A stretch of 64,000 nt of DNA from Lingula anatina (lineage: Eukaryota > Animalia > Brachiopoda). Position 1 is the stretch's first letter; each line of letters starts with the position of its first letter. This document shows, in pieces, positions 1 through 12,433 of the stretch. The position numbers and the translations under genes are program-made. The stretch lies in contig CM120640.1 in the NCBI GenBank assembly GCA_051362555.1, forward strand, positions 23,298,225-23,362,224, given 5' to 3'. The notes beneath the pieces were generated by a model. It was not told where the DNA came from, ran no database searches, and saw only the letters and a list, made by a program, of their open reading frames with translations.

Positions 1-3000
1 TTATTAAAACCCACAAAAATTATTTTGCTAATTATAAGTTACCTACCGGTGGAGGAAAGACTACCAGTAGCTACAATTTTGGTTGGCTTTTACCAAATAC
101 CATGGAAGCCAACTGTTGAGGGTTAAACGCTTAGGCCCAACAGAGCGCCTCCTCTACGCGATTTGTTCGTATTCCGTTCAATATGCAAAATAGCCTGCCC
201 AAACGAAGCCTAAAGGAAGCGAACTTCGCCAATAGTTTTCTTCCTTATTTCCTTCCTTATCTCCTCATAAACTAAAAAAAACGGCTACACAAAGCCTAAA
301 AGACACTAATTGAACTTTAAAATATTTCAAGGTATAGGCCCCCTTACATGTACGTGTATGACACAAAATAGCACATATTACATCCAATTAAAGTTTACTA
401 TAAACGAATACTTAAAAGTGACAAAAAGAAACCACACTTTTGTCCTCACCTCCATGAAAAATAACCTCTTTTCTTTTCATATGCAGTGACCTCCTGTGCC
501 TGCCTCAAGTTGACCACAAGGGTTTCTCGCAAAGTGCCGGTTTATCACATCCCAGGAACAACATACACACTCGATGGTGCTCTGGGTGAATTGTGCCATT
601 GTAAATTATAGCTAAATAACAAAGACAAATAAAAATATGTAATGCAATGAAATGCACTGAAGAATACACACAAAGCAAAACAAAACCTCTTGGACGTACT
701 TTGTATCAGAATAAAGAAGTAAAATATCTCTTATGGTTTTTTAAAAATGAAGACGGAGAAAAGGAATAGACCGGAAGGAAACGAGAAAGACATAAAAGAA
801 ATAAAGACGTAAAATTAAATGAAAAATGGTTTCTCACCGAAAGCATCAGTTAATATACTTGCCAACGTTTGGATCCTCTCCTACTATCTGGTATGGTTCA
901 CACGGCATTTAGATGCCAAACATTTTAGCAAACTCCACCCGCCCGCCCGCCCTAGGTCAAGTGCTGCAACGATCGTTATTTACAGCATTTAAACTCTTAA
1001 AATAAGGTTAACTACCCAGTAGAACTAATATTTTCAGACCCCAAGGAGACAAAAGCACTATAGTACTATAAAATTTAAGATGCGTAAAATAATGTGAGAC
1101 GAAATGTCATAAAAATCACACACAAGTTATCTTACGGTTGACGTCATCATTGCGATTTTGGGATAAAATTGAAAGATCGGTTTCTCAAATTTCTCCTTTA
1201 CCTGAGCACCCACAAACACCCTTTTAACGCCAATTTAATAACACCCATCAAGTACCCAAAAATCCTGTCAGCGATTGGCGACGGCCATTTCAATCGTGGT
1301 CAAGTATGTTATTTTTCATGATAAAATCTTGTTCAGAGATGAGGTTACGCCCAATGCCGATTGTTATATCACCTCAAATAGAAATTTGTTAAATTGACGA
1401 TTAAAGCTTTGGATTGCCATTACAACGAGAAATGTAAACGCCGATATTTTATATTGTCCGGATGAATTTTATTGTTTTTGATGGGCACAAAGACAGATGC
1501 ATTATTGAATAATTAAATACAGGAAAAAAAAACCATTTTTGGTATCTGGATGATAATTAAGGCTTACAATACAATACGTTTCCAGCTAAAGGTGCATACC
1601 TGATGTTCCTCTGGAGATAACGCATTTAAGGGTACCGCAAAGTCATGGCTTATTCTGCCATCACTGCAAATTCCCCATTTGATAGCCATAGCAAAACTTA
1701 GGCCTATCTGTCACAAACTGACATAGAAACCATAGATTATCTGACTGTAAATGAAATCAAATGAAAGATATAAATCTTCTTCACAGAAATACTAAACGAC
1801 AGACAGATAACATGTTTTGATAGGTGACGGTCATAACATTGTAGTTTTATGAAATGAGGGAATGAAATAACATGAAACCAACCTGTAGAATTGTGGCATC
1901 AGTACTTAACAGACTCTATAAGTTGCAAGTTAAGCTAAAGAGATAGATAGATATTAGAACGAAATGATCTATCGTTGATCAAATAATGCTATCAGCAAAG
2001 ATGACCTTGCATCGATATTGAGGAGTTTCCAGCAAGTAATTACTCAAAAAAATCTCAAAACATATGGTCATGGGAGTTTTAAGATTGCAGTATCAATTTT
2101 ATTATTTTATCAACAGGTCAAAAGTTTCATTAAGGACAATTATGCTAATGTTTGTGAAATTTAAAAACCTTGTTTTAAAATAATAAGGTCAATCTGTGTC
2201 TCTTTTACCTTATATTTCCCTTTTATTAGTTCTGAATTAATCTTTGTGGTTTTAGAATTTACATGTCATATCATTTGTAAAAGCGCTGACAGACAGGATC
2301 CCACGATAACATGGTGTTTTTAACTTTGGAGCGAAATAAGTTTGTTATTACATGTATATGGCGTTGTGTTAAATACAAGTTGTCATTTGAACATTAGTGT
2401 TATTTTCTTTGGAATGTTCCTCTTTTTGCTACAGCCAGGTCAAGGTTTTGAAATGTACACATACATGTAGTTCTGATGGGTAAGTACGTGTCTCCTTTTC
2501 CAAAATGCCCAAATTTAGCTTTGCAGCATGGAATTTCACAGTCTAACTCGACAAGAATGTGCTTTGCTAGTCGTTCCAAAGCCTAAAATTAAACAAAAGT
2601 GACATGCTTGAAATAGACGAACGCGGAGGGCCTTGTGTCATGTGGGATAATGATTGAATCGCTGAGAGATTAATGAGGTTCGGTTTCATGTATCGTATCT
2701 TGAGTAAAATGCAAGATAGCACTGTTATACCAGAACGTAATGGTTAATCGTTAACCACACAATGCTATCAGCAAAGCTCACCTATAGTAACGATTTGTAG
2801 GAGCAGTGCCCAGCAATTAATTAATTAATTACGCTCCTTCAATGAAATTATTTTTGTTCTCATAAGTGCTGTTCGCCAACAGATTATTTCACAAAGTGTA
2901 CGTTAACCAATTTCTATAAAACGGAAATCATTACTAACGTTTCCATTCCTCTCTATGTAAATCTTAAACGTAGCACCCATGTTTTTGTCTGTATACGCAA

Positions 3001-3794
3001 ATAGTTTACCGGTACATCAGGAGTATGACTATTACATCGTCAGAAAACGCACCGCTTTTCACATTATTCTTTTATTTGATACATTTTTATATACATCAAA
3101 TGTCATTCTGTATTAATCGCACGTATTTTAATCAGCCAACCCATGATTGTACGGTGGACAATAGGCTTTCAATATACTAAGTATTTGCTTCTCTAAGTAA
3201 TTAATTATTGTCTTTATCATGAATAACATTTATATGGACGATGTATAAAGCAGTATTAAAAAGTGGTGGCTCTACGACGATTAATCAATCAGAACAATCA
3301 ACAGAACACAATGCCCGATGGATATGTATGCTTAAGTATCAAAAAAAGAAGGGAGAACGGCAAATCTTACCTAGCAGAGTTTTGCTTTGCAATGGGAGAA
3401 ACATTTCACCTTACATGTACCTTGACAAACAGTCAAATGATGTTTTTTTTCTTGGAAAGCGTTTACTTGTAAAGGATGGTTGAAACAGTGGTAACATGAA
3501 GCTTTTTATTAAAGCGCGTGTAATACCTAGAAATCCAGATGACTAGGAAAGCCTTGATACAACGGATAATAGATATAAATTGTGATAGATGACTGCCAAA
3601 GAATGGTTGCATTGTTAGCTGCTAATGACTTTCCGCTTTACCATTTTCAATTCCTTTTATCGGCGCAGGGGTGATAAATGCATGTTCGCCGGAAGCAATG
3701 TCGTAGGACGCTCACCCCTGCTATGCGATCAGGTGTCCCCTAACACTAAACCCTTCAATTACATAACATTTTCGAACAAATACTGTATAATGTG

Positions 3795-3800
<6 letters not shown>

Positions 3801-3842
<42 letters not shown>
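3801..3842. repeat. (AG)n microsatellite
   Basis: Uninterrupted AG dinucleotide run of about 21 units. Confidence 0.95.
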
Positions 3843-3847
<5 letters not shown>

Positions 3848-5241
3848 TATGGGAATATTGTGAACCAATAAAAATAACTGAAAGCATAATCCCTGTAGGC
3901 AAATTTGACTAAAACTGTGATTAGGTGAGCATGCTGGAGTTTTTCCAGGTCACACCTGAATGGTGTTTGTCTCATATGGTGCATTTACAGGTTGCATTAT
4001 TAGTGCCTTTTCATTGGAAATTTGAACTCGTTTCAGTCTTTTTACAAGAAAACAGAATTGGATGTTACAGAAATGACCGCTTTTAAAAGACACATTTAAA
4101 GATTGTACAGTCTTTCGAATTTTCAAGCTGTGCGCCTTGGGAATTTCACATGACTTAAATAGAACTACACCGTCATTCTTGAGGAGTTAATAGTACACGT
4201 CGACGCCTACTTTTCTGGTTGAGAGCAATTATGTGTCGCGGGATTGTGATGACGTTCTTTAAAGGGAAACAGGCAGGAAGCTAATTTTTCAGTGAACTCG
4301 TATCAACTTTTTATTTTGGACAAAATAGCAATCATGGTTTCTTTCACCGCCTTACCTTTGTTTTTTTTTATATTTCTTCCACAATAATAGATTATTGATT
4401 TCTGAGAACATTTAATAGGGGTTTATTATTCTGTATTTTGATGGCAATTATACAAAATGGTTTTCTCATAGTTTTAAATGTTTAATTTCTTTAGCTAAAA
4501 GTAAAATAAAACTTCGAATTTCGAATTCACGCATATTTAATCTGGTTTATAATGGCGAAAGATAAGTCGAGTGCAATTTAAAGAAAAAAAGAAAAATATG
4601 AAATCTTGGCTTCGTTTTGGCTTACCTATCAAGGAAAAAGTGTAGGAAATTATATTAAACCCTAGGCCTAAACTTTTGCACTTATTCCTTGATATGGTCT
4701 CATTTTCGGCAACATCAATGATTCTATTTTACGCCTGACTCTGCCTGAAAATACAGCATGCAAAGTGATGGATATTTCTGAAAATGTTTATTTCTTAAAA
4801 TTTCACCTTTCACTTTTGTCCCCGACACAGTGACGGAGTCGTGATTCTCTATAAGAGTCTTTCCTGTGGTTCAGCTGTAATTAACAATTACTGCTGTTAT
4901 TGTCATGCCTTCTGGGAAGTTCTCGGTTTAACCTAATAGTGTGGGGTGAATGAAGGTAAAAGATTTAATACAGAAGGAAACAAATTTTGAAAGTTGTACT
5001 AACTAGTGTGGAAGCAGGCATTTTTTAGTTTCTGAAAGGCACTTATCAAGCCAAGGTCGCTATCACCTTCACATACCCTTGGTCAAACATAAAGTGTAGA
5101 CTCCTCCAACGAAACAATACATTCATCTTATCTGCCATCAAATGCATTTCTACAAACATGAAATCATATAGTCCAGGGCATAAAAATCGACTGAGTAAAT
5201 AGACCTGCTGCGTGACTGAGACAAAAAAATCCTAACTGTAA

Positions 5242-5399
5242 GGGCGCATTCAGAACCAGTTGATCCGCGGACAAACTAGTCCGCGGATCAAGTATGGCGC
5301 GACCCTTTCAAAAGCGTGGCCCTGCTGGGACTGGGCGCGTGGGAGGCGGGAATCCATTGTCAAGCTAGTGCGCAGATCAACTTGGTTATGAGTGCGGCC
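5242..5399. mobile_element. PIF/Harbinger-like MITE
   Basis: Imperfect ~28-bp terminal inverted repeats (GGGCGCATTCAGAACCAGTTGATCCGCG ... CGCAGATCAACTTGGTTATGAGTGCGGCC). Flanked by TAA on both sides (5239-5241, 5400-5402). Non-coding. A TAA/TTA target duplication is characteristic of PIF/Harbinger. Confidence 0.7.
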
Positions 5400-7353
5400 T
5401 AAGAGGGCAATGGCAAATGTTCATTCAGTGGCGGGTTGCAGAAGGTGTTCAATGAGGGGATCATTTTCTTGGCGGTTTATTTATATTATTGTTATAAAAC
5501 AAATATATACTCTCTGTTCAGCTGTACATATGTAAATGTATCATCTCATCACTTGTAATATGCTTCTAAGCGAAAGTAAACATGATAAAATCGTTTCTGT
5601 TTGTAGTCTTGTATAGACCAAAATACATGTAGGAGGCTGTAACATACAAGCATTTAACAGTTTCATACATGTATCAACTATATACCAATATATACGCATA
5701 TCGATAAACTCTCAGTATAAAGTAATCAATATAGTATAATCAGTTTTGAGATATCGTTTATTACAGGTAAGGAATTATAGATACAATCACTATGCCTTAC
5801 AGATTTCGTCCGTTTTAAGCAGCATTTAAACTTGTCCGTCAAAACGTTTTCGACAATTCTACGTGCAGTCGCTTTCTCTTCAGTCTTACTTTGTTTGTTT
5901 TTCTGCTTATCTAAGTTGGTTTTACCACAAGGTTTATACTCAGTTTTATTATACATCGATTTGGAAGGGCTGTTTATATGTCACTCTCCTGGGACTAAGT
6001 ATGGAATCATTTTCTAGACACACTTTACTGAAATTGGATTCTGGTCTTCTATTAAATGAATAATTCGATCTTCTTGATCATTGTTTTTTTTTTCTGTGGC
6101 ACCAAAGCAAAACATTGTTGTTTTGTTTCCTTTATGAATGGGCACAAATCTCAATTTACATGTTGATGACATGCTGTATTCAGAACTTGTTTACAGCTAG
6201 TCCAGAACCATGCTATATTTCAATTAGGCTTTAATTATACTTGGACTCGAAATTAGACATACTGATGTTTTAAATTTCCACGTGGATGGCGCCATCTGAC
6301 GATTCCAGGATTCCCACTCTTAATGCGCGCAGAGAAATATATTCCAGAACACACAAATGGCCAATGATAGTTCATTGTTGCAGCGTTAGTCTGTGGCCGA
6401 ATTCTCGGTTGTCAGAGGTCATGCTCTTTATAGCAACACAATAGGCCAGTCATGCAGCTTTAGATTTAAAAAGGTCAATTTCTATATTTTAAGCTAAAAA
6501 TCCGTGAAAATCTGTAAGAATACATTGTGCTACATTGAATCAAACGCCTTAAGAGGTTTGAAACATTGTTAGGAAAATTACGAAAATACAGATAGAGGAG
6601 GCGAGCTCCATAAAATGGCTCTCATAAGCTGTCAACAGTCGATGGCATGTTTAAATCCCCCGACTCCTCAGAAATAATTGCTATGTTTCTAGGAAAAGGC
6701 ATGGAATCAGACATACGTTGCTAATGTAGTACCTATGCTGTGACAGTTAATAACTAGCACGGGTTAAGACCTGCGTGTACATAACGCACCACGTTTTAAT
6801 CAAGGTTGATAAATTTGACCTAAACATCAAATAAGATACTAGGAAATGCAAGCGAACGCAATCAGAAAACAAAAAAAAATTTTTAGATATCATCTATTAC
6901 CGTCACAAATGAATTAGATTCGCTGTAGCTTTCGTTAGATCCGTAACACGCAGTGATTCGTTTGATAAGTACATGTATGTGCCTCATTTACGCGCCTGTC
7001 TGCTTTATTGTAATAAAAAGAGAAAGTGGAAAATGGTAATTTTTCAAATGTCAGTGCTTCAGACGGGCATTATGCGGGAGAGGGATTTTATATATCGGGT
7101 ATCGGGGTAATGCACGTGGATATTTTTAAAGTACTGAAGAACCGTTTGAAAGCCAGTTTAGTGATTTTCAGAAAACGTAGTGCGCTCTTTTCGGTTGTAC
7201 ATAATTTACAGATTTTTTATTCAAAACCGAACCAAGACAAATGTAACTTGGTTACCTTTCATAACTATTTACAAATCAATGCGCTTTGAACACCGCAAAA
7301 GATTGTGTTACTATAGTTCTTTCAAGACCGTTATTAAAATAAAGGGCGTTTTA

Positions 7354-7579
7354 CACCCCATTTCCATAGACTTGTAGATCGATCTATCCCTGTGGGGAGT
7401 CTCACTAGATTACTGTCAGCTTGACCGGCTTAAGCGTCTGTCCCGCCTACTAAAAGCTGGAAGGGGGTAATTAACTATGATGCCCGCTCGGCTGACTGCA
7501 ATTTAGCGTAAAACCCCAGGGAGTTAGGTCGATCTAAATCTTAATCTTTAGATCGATCTAAATCTGTGGGAAAGCACCC
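7354..7579. mobile_element. Fold-back MITE family A, copy 1 (PIF/Harbinger-like)
   Basis: Flanked by TTA on both sides. The internal segment GATCGATCTATCCCTGTGGGGAGTCTCACTAGATT...GGCTTAAGCGTCTGTC...AAGCTG aligns by eye with 58718-58800. The left end CCCATTTCCATAGA matches the reverse complement of the right end of the 16261-16514 copy. Confidence 0.6.
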
Positions 7580-7724
7580 TTAGTACAACTATCGCGTGTG
7601 AAAACACTAAAACACTTTTGGCAAAACGAGAAAATCACTTTTCCAAGAAAATAATGACAAATGTGGATTTTAGCTGATCCCACGTGTTATGAAATGACGG
7701 TTAGTCGTGTGACTGTCTATCGTT

Positions 7725-7764
<40 letters not shown>

Positions 7765-7765
7765 T
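7725..7765. repeat. (TTTA)n microsatellite
   Basis: Tetranucleotide run visible directly. Confidence 0.9.
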
Positions 7766-10440
7766 ATATCAAGAGCATTGAACAAATTTGCCTAAATTGG
7801 TAAAATGTTTTGAAGATAAGAAATAAAATTATAACTCTAAAGTTCACTATGATAATTGTCACATTTCTTCTGGTATAGCGGGAAGTAGCAATGATAAATT
7901 TGTTTGCCGAAGACGCGTGATAGAAACTACCGGGCACGGTGGTGGCCTTGTCTAGGAATGGCCTGCTATTCGTTTTAGGAAACGTGGAACCTTATCGATA
8001 ATATTCACGTCTGAAGGCAGGTGCCATATGCTAAAGCTCTATTTAGCCGTTACTTTCTCTTCCAACATGACAATCATTTTAGCAAGAGTGTAAAACCACT
8101 TACTGTTGATTTTCATAAGCTGTTTTGTAAAAATGAAGAATGAATTCTGTTGTGTTAAGGTTGGACTGTACTCAAATAGGACTAAAAATAGCCTTTTTTA
8201 TGGATAAAATCAACAGTAAGTGTTTGAAGGAAAAAATCCCCGAACCCCTTTTGTGGTACTTTGTTCAAGTATTATAATACCATTGAAATCATGTTTATAG
8301 CTGTCCAGGTGCCTGAGAAAATCAGGAAACCGAAAATGATGTTTTGCCAAAAAAAAAAAAAAAAAAAAAAAAATTACTTCACACGATGAAGTTGGACCTG
8401 TGTTTTAAGTATAATTAGATGCTATGAAGATAAATTAAATGAATGCAACAGGAATAAAAAAGACCTTTAATTTAAGATAAAATCTCCAACCTGCAGTATT
8501 GCCTGCAGAATTTTCATATCCGCTGATTCGGATTTTGACACAAAACCACTGTAATAAATTGAAAATGATTTAACAAAATCATTATATCACAATTTTCAGA
8601 ACACCACAGAGCAGAGTGGCGTTCGAAGTGTAGAAGCATCACTTAAAGTGTGGCATTCGATAGATCAGCACTTGGATCATGTTTCATACGCACATTTGAG
8701 ACGGCTAAGGCCGAGATATATGTGATCACTTCGTGCACATGGCATTTTGAGTGTACTTATTGTCTTTACATACGAAAAAATAACAATCTGTCAAGACTCG
8801 ACTACCTACTCAAAGTAGCGGTGGAAAGTCTCCCCCCCCCTCCTTGATTAAGCTTGTTTACAACCGATCACTCATCTTCGTAGTAATTCGGATGCTTGTT
8901 GATTAACTCGTGTGAACAGGCTTCCTCTATGCCATTCTCAAGCAACATTGTGAAGTCCAATGCAAATGTATTCATCAGCAACAAGATAATACTTTTCTGT
9001 GAATCAGTCATTGACTTCTTGGTTTCACAGACAAAACGTACATGTAAATTTTAACAAGACAGTTCATTTGCTTCTGTTACTGATCCTAGATACTGTAATC
9101 AAATGAAGAACAAGGGCTTAAAAGAACCAACATACATGACAAAACAAACCCTTATTAACGAAAAAAATCTGAACAAAGGCTACAAGAAATTGCTGGCAGG
9201 GTTTTGAAGTACTCATTGGAGTCATTATATATGCTTGAGACGGTGTTCATGTATGTTCAGAAAAGGGAGAAATTTGAAAAACCTATTTTGCAATTTGTAC
9301 CCCAAAATCGCAATTATTTATATCGGTAAAATTACATTTATAATATAAATGCAAAGGAAATTAATCAGTGGACACTGAATGTTATCTTTTATCCTAAACA
9401 TGAACGTATAGACAGTAATTTAGGACTTTTTGTCAAAACCCATCCCTAACCATAAAACGATAACCTATAGCCTGTTTGGTAAGTTATTGCTCATGATCAG
9501 TTTGACCAAATGCAGCAAAAACCGTCTCCGTCAAAAAATCTGTCAAGGCACTCAGCTATATGAACGCGCAGACCAGTTAAACTCATCTTTGGTGACCGTA
9601 CCCAAAGTTGGAAGACGAATCTATTCTATTTGGTCACACTTCGATTTCAACAGCCTGGAGACTGGATTAACTGCATTTTATTAGATTGAATTTTGACACA
9701 GACTAAATGTGAATCAAAACACAGAGACAGTTGTAGTATTCTTTTATATTTCATGAATTGGCATCAACGACATTTGGGGAAATAGAGACGTTTTCAGAAC
9801 TCTGAACACCAGGGTGAACTTTGAGCGAATTAATTCAATAGCGGGCAGCGTGTGATAAAAAAACGGGGTCAATCAAGCAAGCCATCAATCTTTAACGCAG
9901 CCGAGAGTTCCAAGCACTTCATACTAAATTGCCTGGCCTTATAATTGGATAGTTCACTGCACAAGACTCATAGGTTATGTCGTTCTGTCTGGTGTTGGCA
10001 CACATTGTTGACTGTATGTATATGTATACTGTTTAGACATCGCATCATGCAAGGTTTCTGGTGATTGGATAGCACCTGATCATAACGTGTCATTGGATAC
10101 TTCTGTCACAGAGCTATTAAAACACGTCATTGGTGTCGCGATGTCAGTAGGTATATGTACCGACACGAAGACGGCTGATCGACCAAGAGCAAAAATACAA
10201 TATCTTCTGTAAGATTCTGTATTGGAAAATTCTTGATACAGGAGTGATATTATACACCCCAGTTTAAGTTTCAAGCAAACAGGGTTTGCTATATAGCGTA
10301 TTTTTTTGGGCAATTCAACAGCAATTGGTTGTGACATCACCATCTAGTTATAGGAACCCGAGAAGCCTGATAGGTCCTTATAGCAAAATTGAATTTGAAC
10401 GTAACTTAAACTATTTTAATATCTGGAACTGCGTCTAAGG

Positions 10441-11643
10441 ATGGAAACAAACTTCACTAGTGTGGTTTCATTGTGTTCTTGTCCGGGTCGCCCAACAAAT
10501 GACAGCGAAGAATGTGTAGAAGGACTTTTTGAAAGACATTCATGGTTAGATATTCTGACCAGGTTTGATCCGGTGGCTGTGTACGCAGATCGTGTAATAA
10601 CACCAATATGGTACATAATCGGGATATTTGGGAATGCGGTGTCTTTCAGCATTTGGCAGAAACGTCGGATGAGAATGAACAACAATTCTGCTTATTATTT
10701 GTCCGCCTTGGCTTTATCAGATCTATGTTTCCTGTTACTTCACATTTGTATGGAATTGAAGGTTGCCTGGGGACTTCGTTCGCTGGACCAACGGTATGTG
10801 TGTGAGATTTTCATGGCGGCATACTATCTGCCTCAGTACCTGTCGCCGATGCTCGTGCTTGGGGCAACTCTGGATAGGTACGTAGTAGTGTGTCTCCCAT
10901 TCAAAGGTCCGTTACTTTGCACAAAAGCAAAAACCATTCAGAAATTATTTCTGGCGTTGGCATTTGCTTTACTTTTGTGCACTGCCCAAGCTTATCTATG
11001 GCAATACGACACGCAGAGAAAGACCTGTACTTTAAGAGAGGAGACCTTTCTTGGGCGGGATTTGGGAACCATCTGGACATGGTGTAGCGAGATGCTGATA
11101 TTTTTTATTGTGCCGTTGGTTATTCTATTTATAAATATTCGAGTGATTATTGCCATCTGGAAAGTGTCATTAGACGGACCCGTGGCTGTCAAAAAGACTG
11201 GAAACAATAAACATTGTGTCATCACCCGCCATGAAAGCAAAGGGAGTACGAAAATCACCTCCACAGTAATGTTGCTTTCTGTTTCGTTCTTTGTGATAAC
11301 CCTTACCTTTCCTGCCACAATTGTATATGCCGTACATTATGCGGTTCCGCAGGGAAATAAATGCCTCTCAGACGAAGAAATTCGCACCGATTCAACTTGG
11401 CAGTCCTATTTTACCTACATCACTGCAAGGAAATTAGTTGAAGAGATTTGCCTAGCTCATCATGCCTGTAATTTCATCATTTACTACATTACTGGGAACA
11501 AATTCAGACTCGCATTTAGGAGACTACTCCAAACAATAAAATCAGTGTTGTGTTCGTATAAGAAGGTGTGCGCACATGGGTACGCTAAACCACTGGCCTT
11601 AGATGTCATTCGTCCGCACAATACGCGTAATACCAAATTATAG
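10441..11643 (+). CDS. Class A (rhodopsin-like) GPCR, FMRFamide-receptor-like/Srw-like orphan receptor, paralog 1 (400 aa, intronless CDS)
   Basis: Seven hydrophobic segments. TM1 GIFGN, TM2 YLSALALSD, TM3 Cys (VCE) and DRY-VVVCLPF, ECL2 Cys, TM5 FFIVP, TM6 ending FPA, TM7 ACNFIIYYITGNKFR. N-F-x-x-Y in place of NPxxY is typical of invertebrate FMRFaR/SPR-like receptors. Confidence 0.93.
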   Translation: METNFTSVVSLCSCPGRPTNDSEECVEGLFERHSWLDILTRFDPVAVYADRVITPIWYIIGIFGNAVSFSIWQKRRMRMNNNSAYYLSALALSDLCFLLLHICMELKVAWGLRSLDQRYVCEIFMAAYYLPQYLSPMLVLGATLDRYVVVCLPFKGPLLCTKAKTIQKLFLALAFALLLCTAQAYLWQYDTQRKTCTLREETFLGRDLGTIWTWCSEMLIFFIVPLVILFINIRVIIAIWKVSLDGPVAVKKTGNNKHCVITRHESKGSTKITSTVMLLSVSFFVITLTFPATIVYAVHYAVPQGNKCLSDEEIRTDSTWQSYFTYITARKLVEEICLAHHACNFIIYYITGNKFRLAFRRLLQTIKSVLCSYKKVCAHGYAKPLALDVIRPHNTRNTKL

Positions 11644-12394
11644 GTTTTATTGGAAGATCGATGCAAGTATTTGAACGGTGAATGTACGGAGCATTCTGCG
11701 GATCAATAACTTCTTCGCAAGAAAACACCAGTGACAAAAGCATATCTGAGAGAGCATCAGAAAAAACACTATAGATAAAACTTTTGTTTTTGTAAACATT
11801 AATCTCGTTCTATGTATTTCATAGATATCAGCTAATACAAAAGTTAACAACACAACTCTCTTTAATACTGTCTTGTTGGACATGATCCAGTGACATTTCG
11901 TCCAAACGAAAGTAGAACGATGCAAATAACATCAAGGGGAAATTTGGCCTTTAATCAACACTTTTGAAGTTGACAGGACACGAATAATCACAGTTATTGG
12001 GCAAATGCCTAACAGGAGTCCGTGTTTTACGTATTCAGTTATTCAAAAGACAAGAGAAACTATATGAGTCGGCAACTGCCTGAAGTGCTTGGGTTTCATT
12101 TGACTTTTTTCACATGAATGTTGTATGCAAGAACTCGGTGTTTTTTCATCATTTGTAACAAAGAAACCTGAAATCGTTTCCACTCTTCCGCTGGGAAATG
12201 AGATGGCGTTATAATGCGGATTCTGGCAAAATCGGAATGATGCTTTGAATAGACTCCATTAAGATAAGAATCTTTTAATGCACACTTTATTGTCTTTTAC
12301 TTTATATGACTACAGCGTAATAGTCTTTATTAGCCTGAAATGTAAAGAATACTGCCGAGCAATTATTATCATTAACTCAGTGATCAGTGAACGT

Positions 12395-12431
<37 letters not shown>
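12395..12431. repeat. poly(T) tract
   Basis: Homopolymer run of roughly 36 T. Confidence 0.9.

Positions 12432-12433
<2 letters not shown>

Noticed and set aside
7590-8390. Possible ~800-bp fold-back element (weak outer inverted similarity; 17-bp inverted repeat at about 8097 and 8207)
   Set aside because: The outer arms are too degenerate and no target duplication was found.
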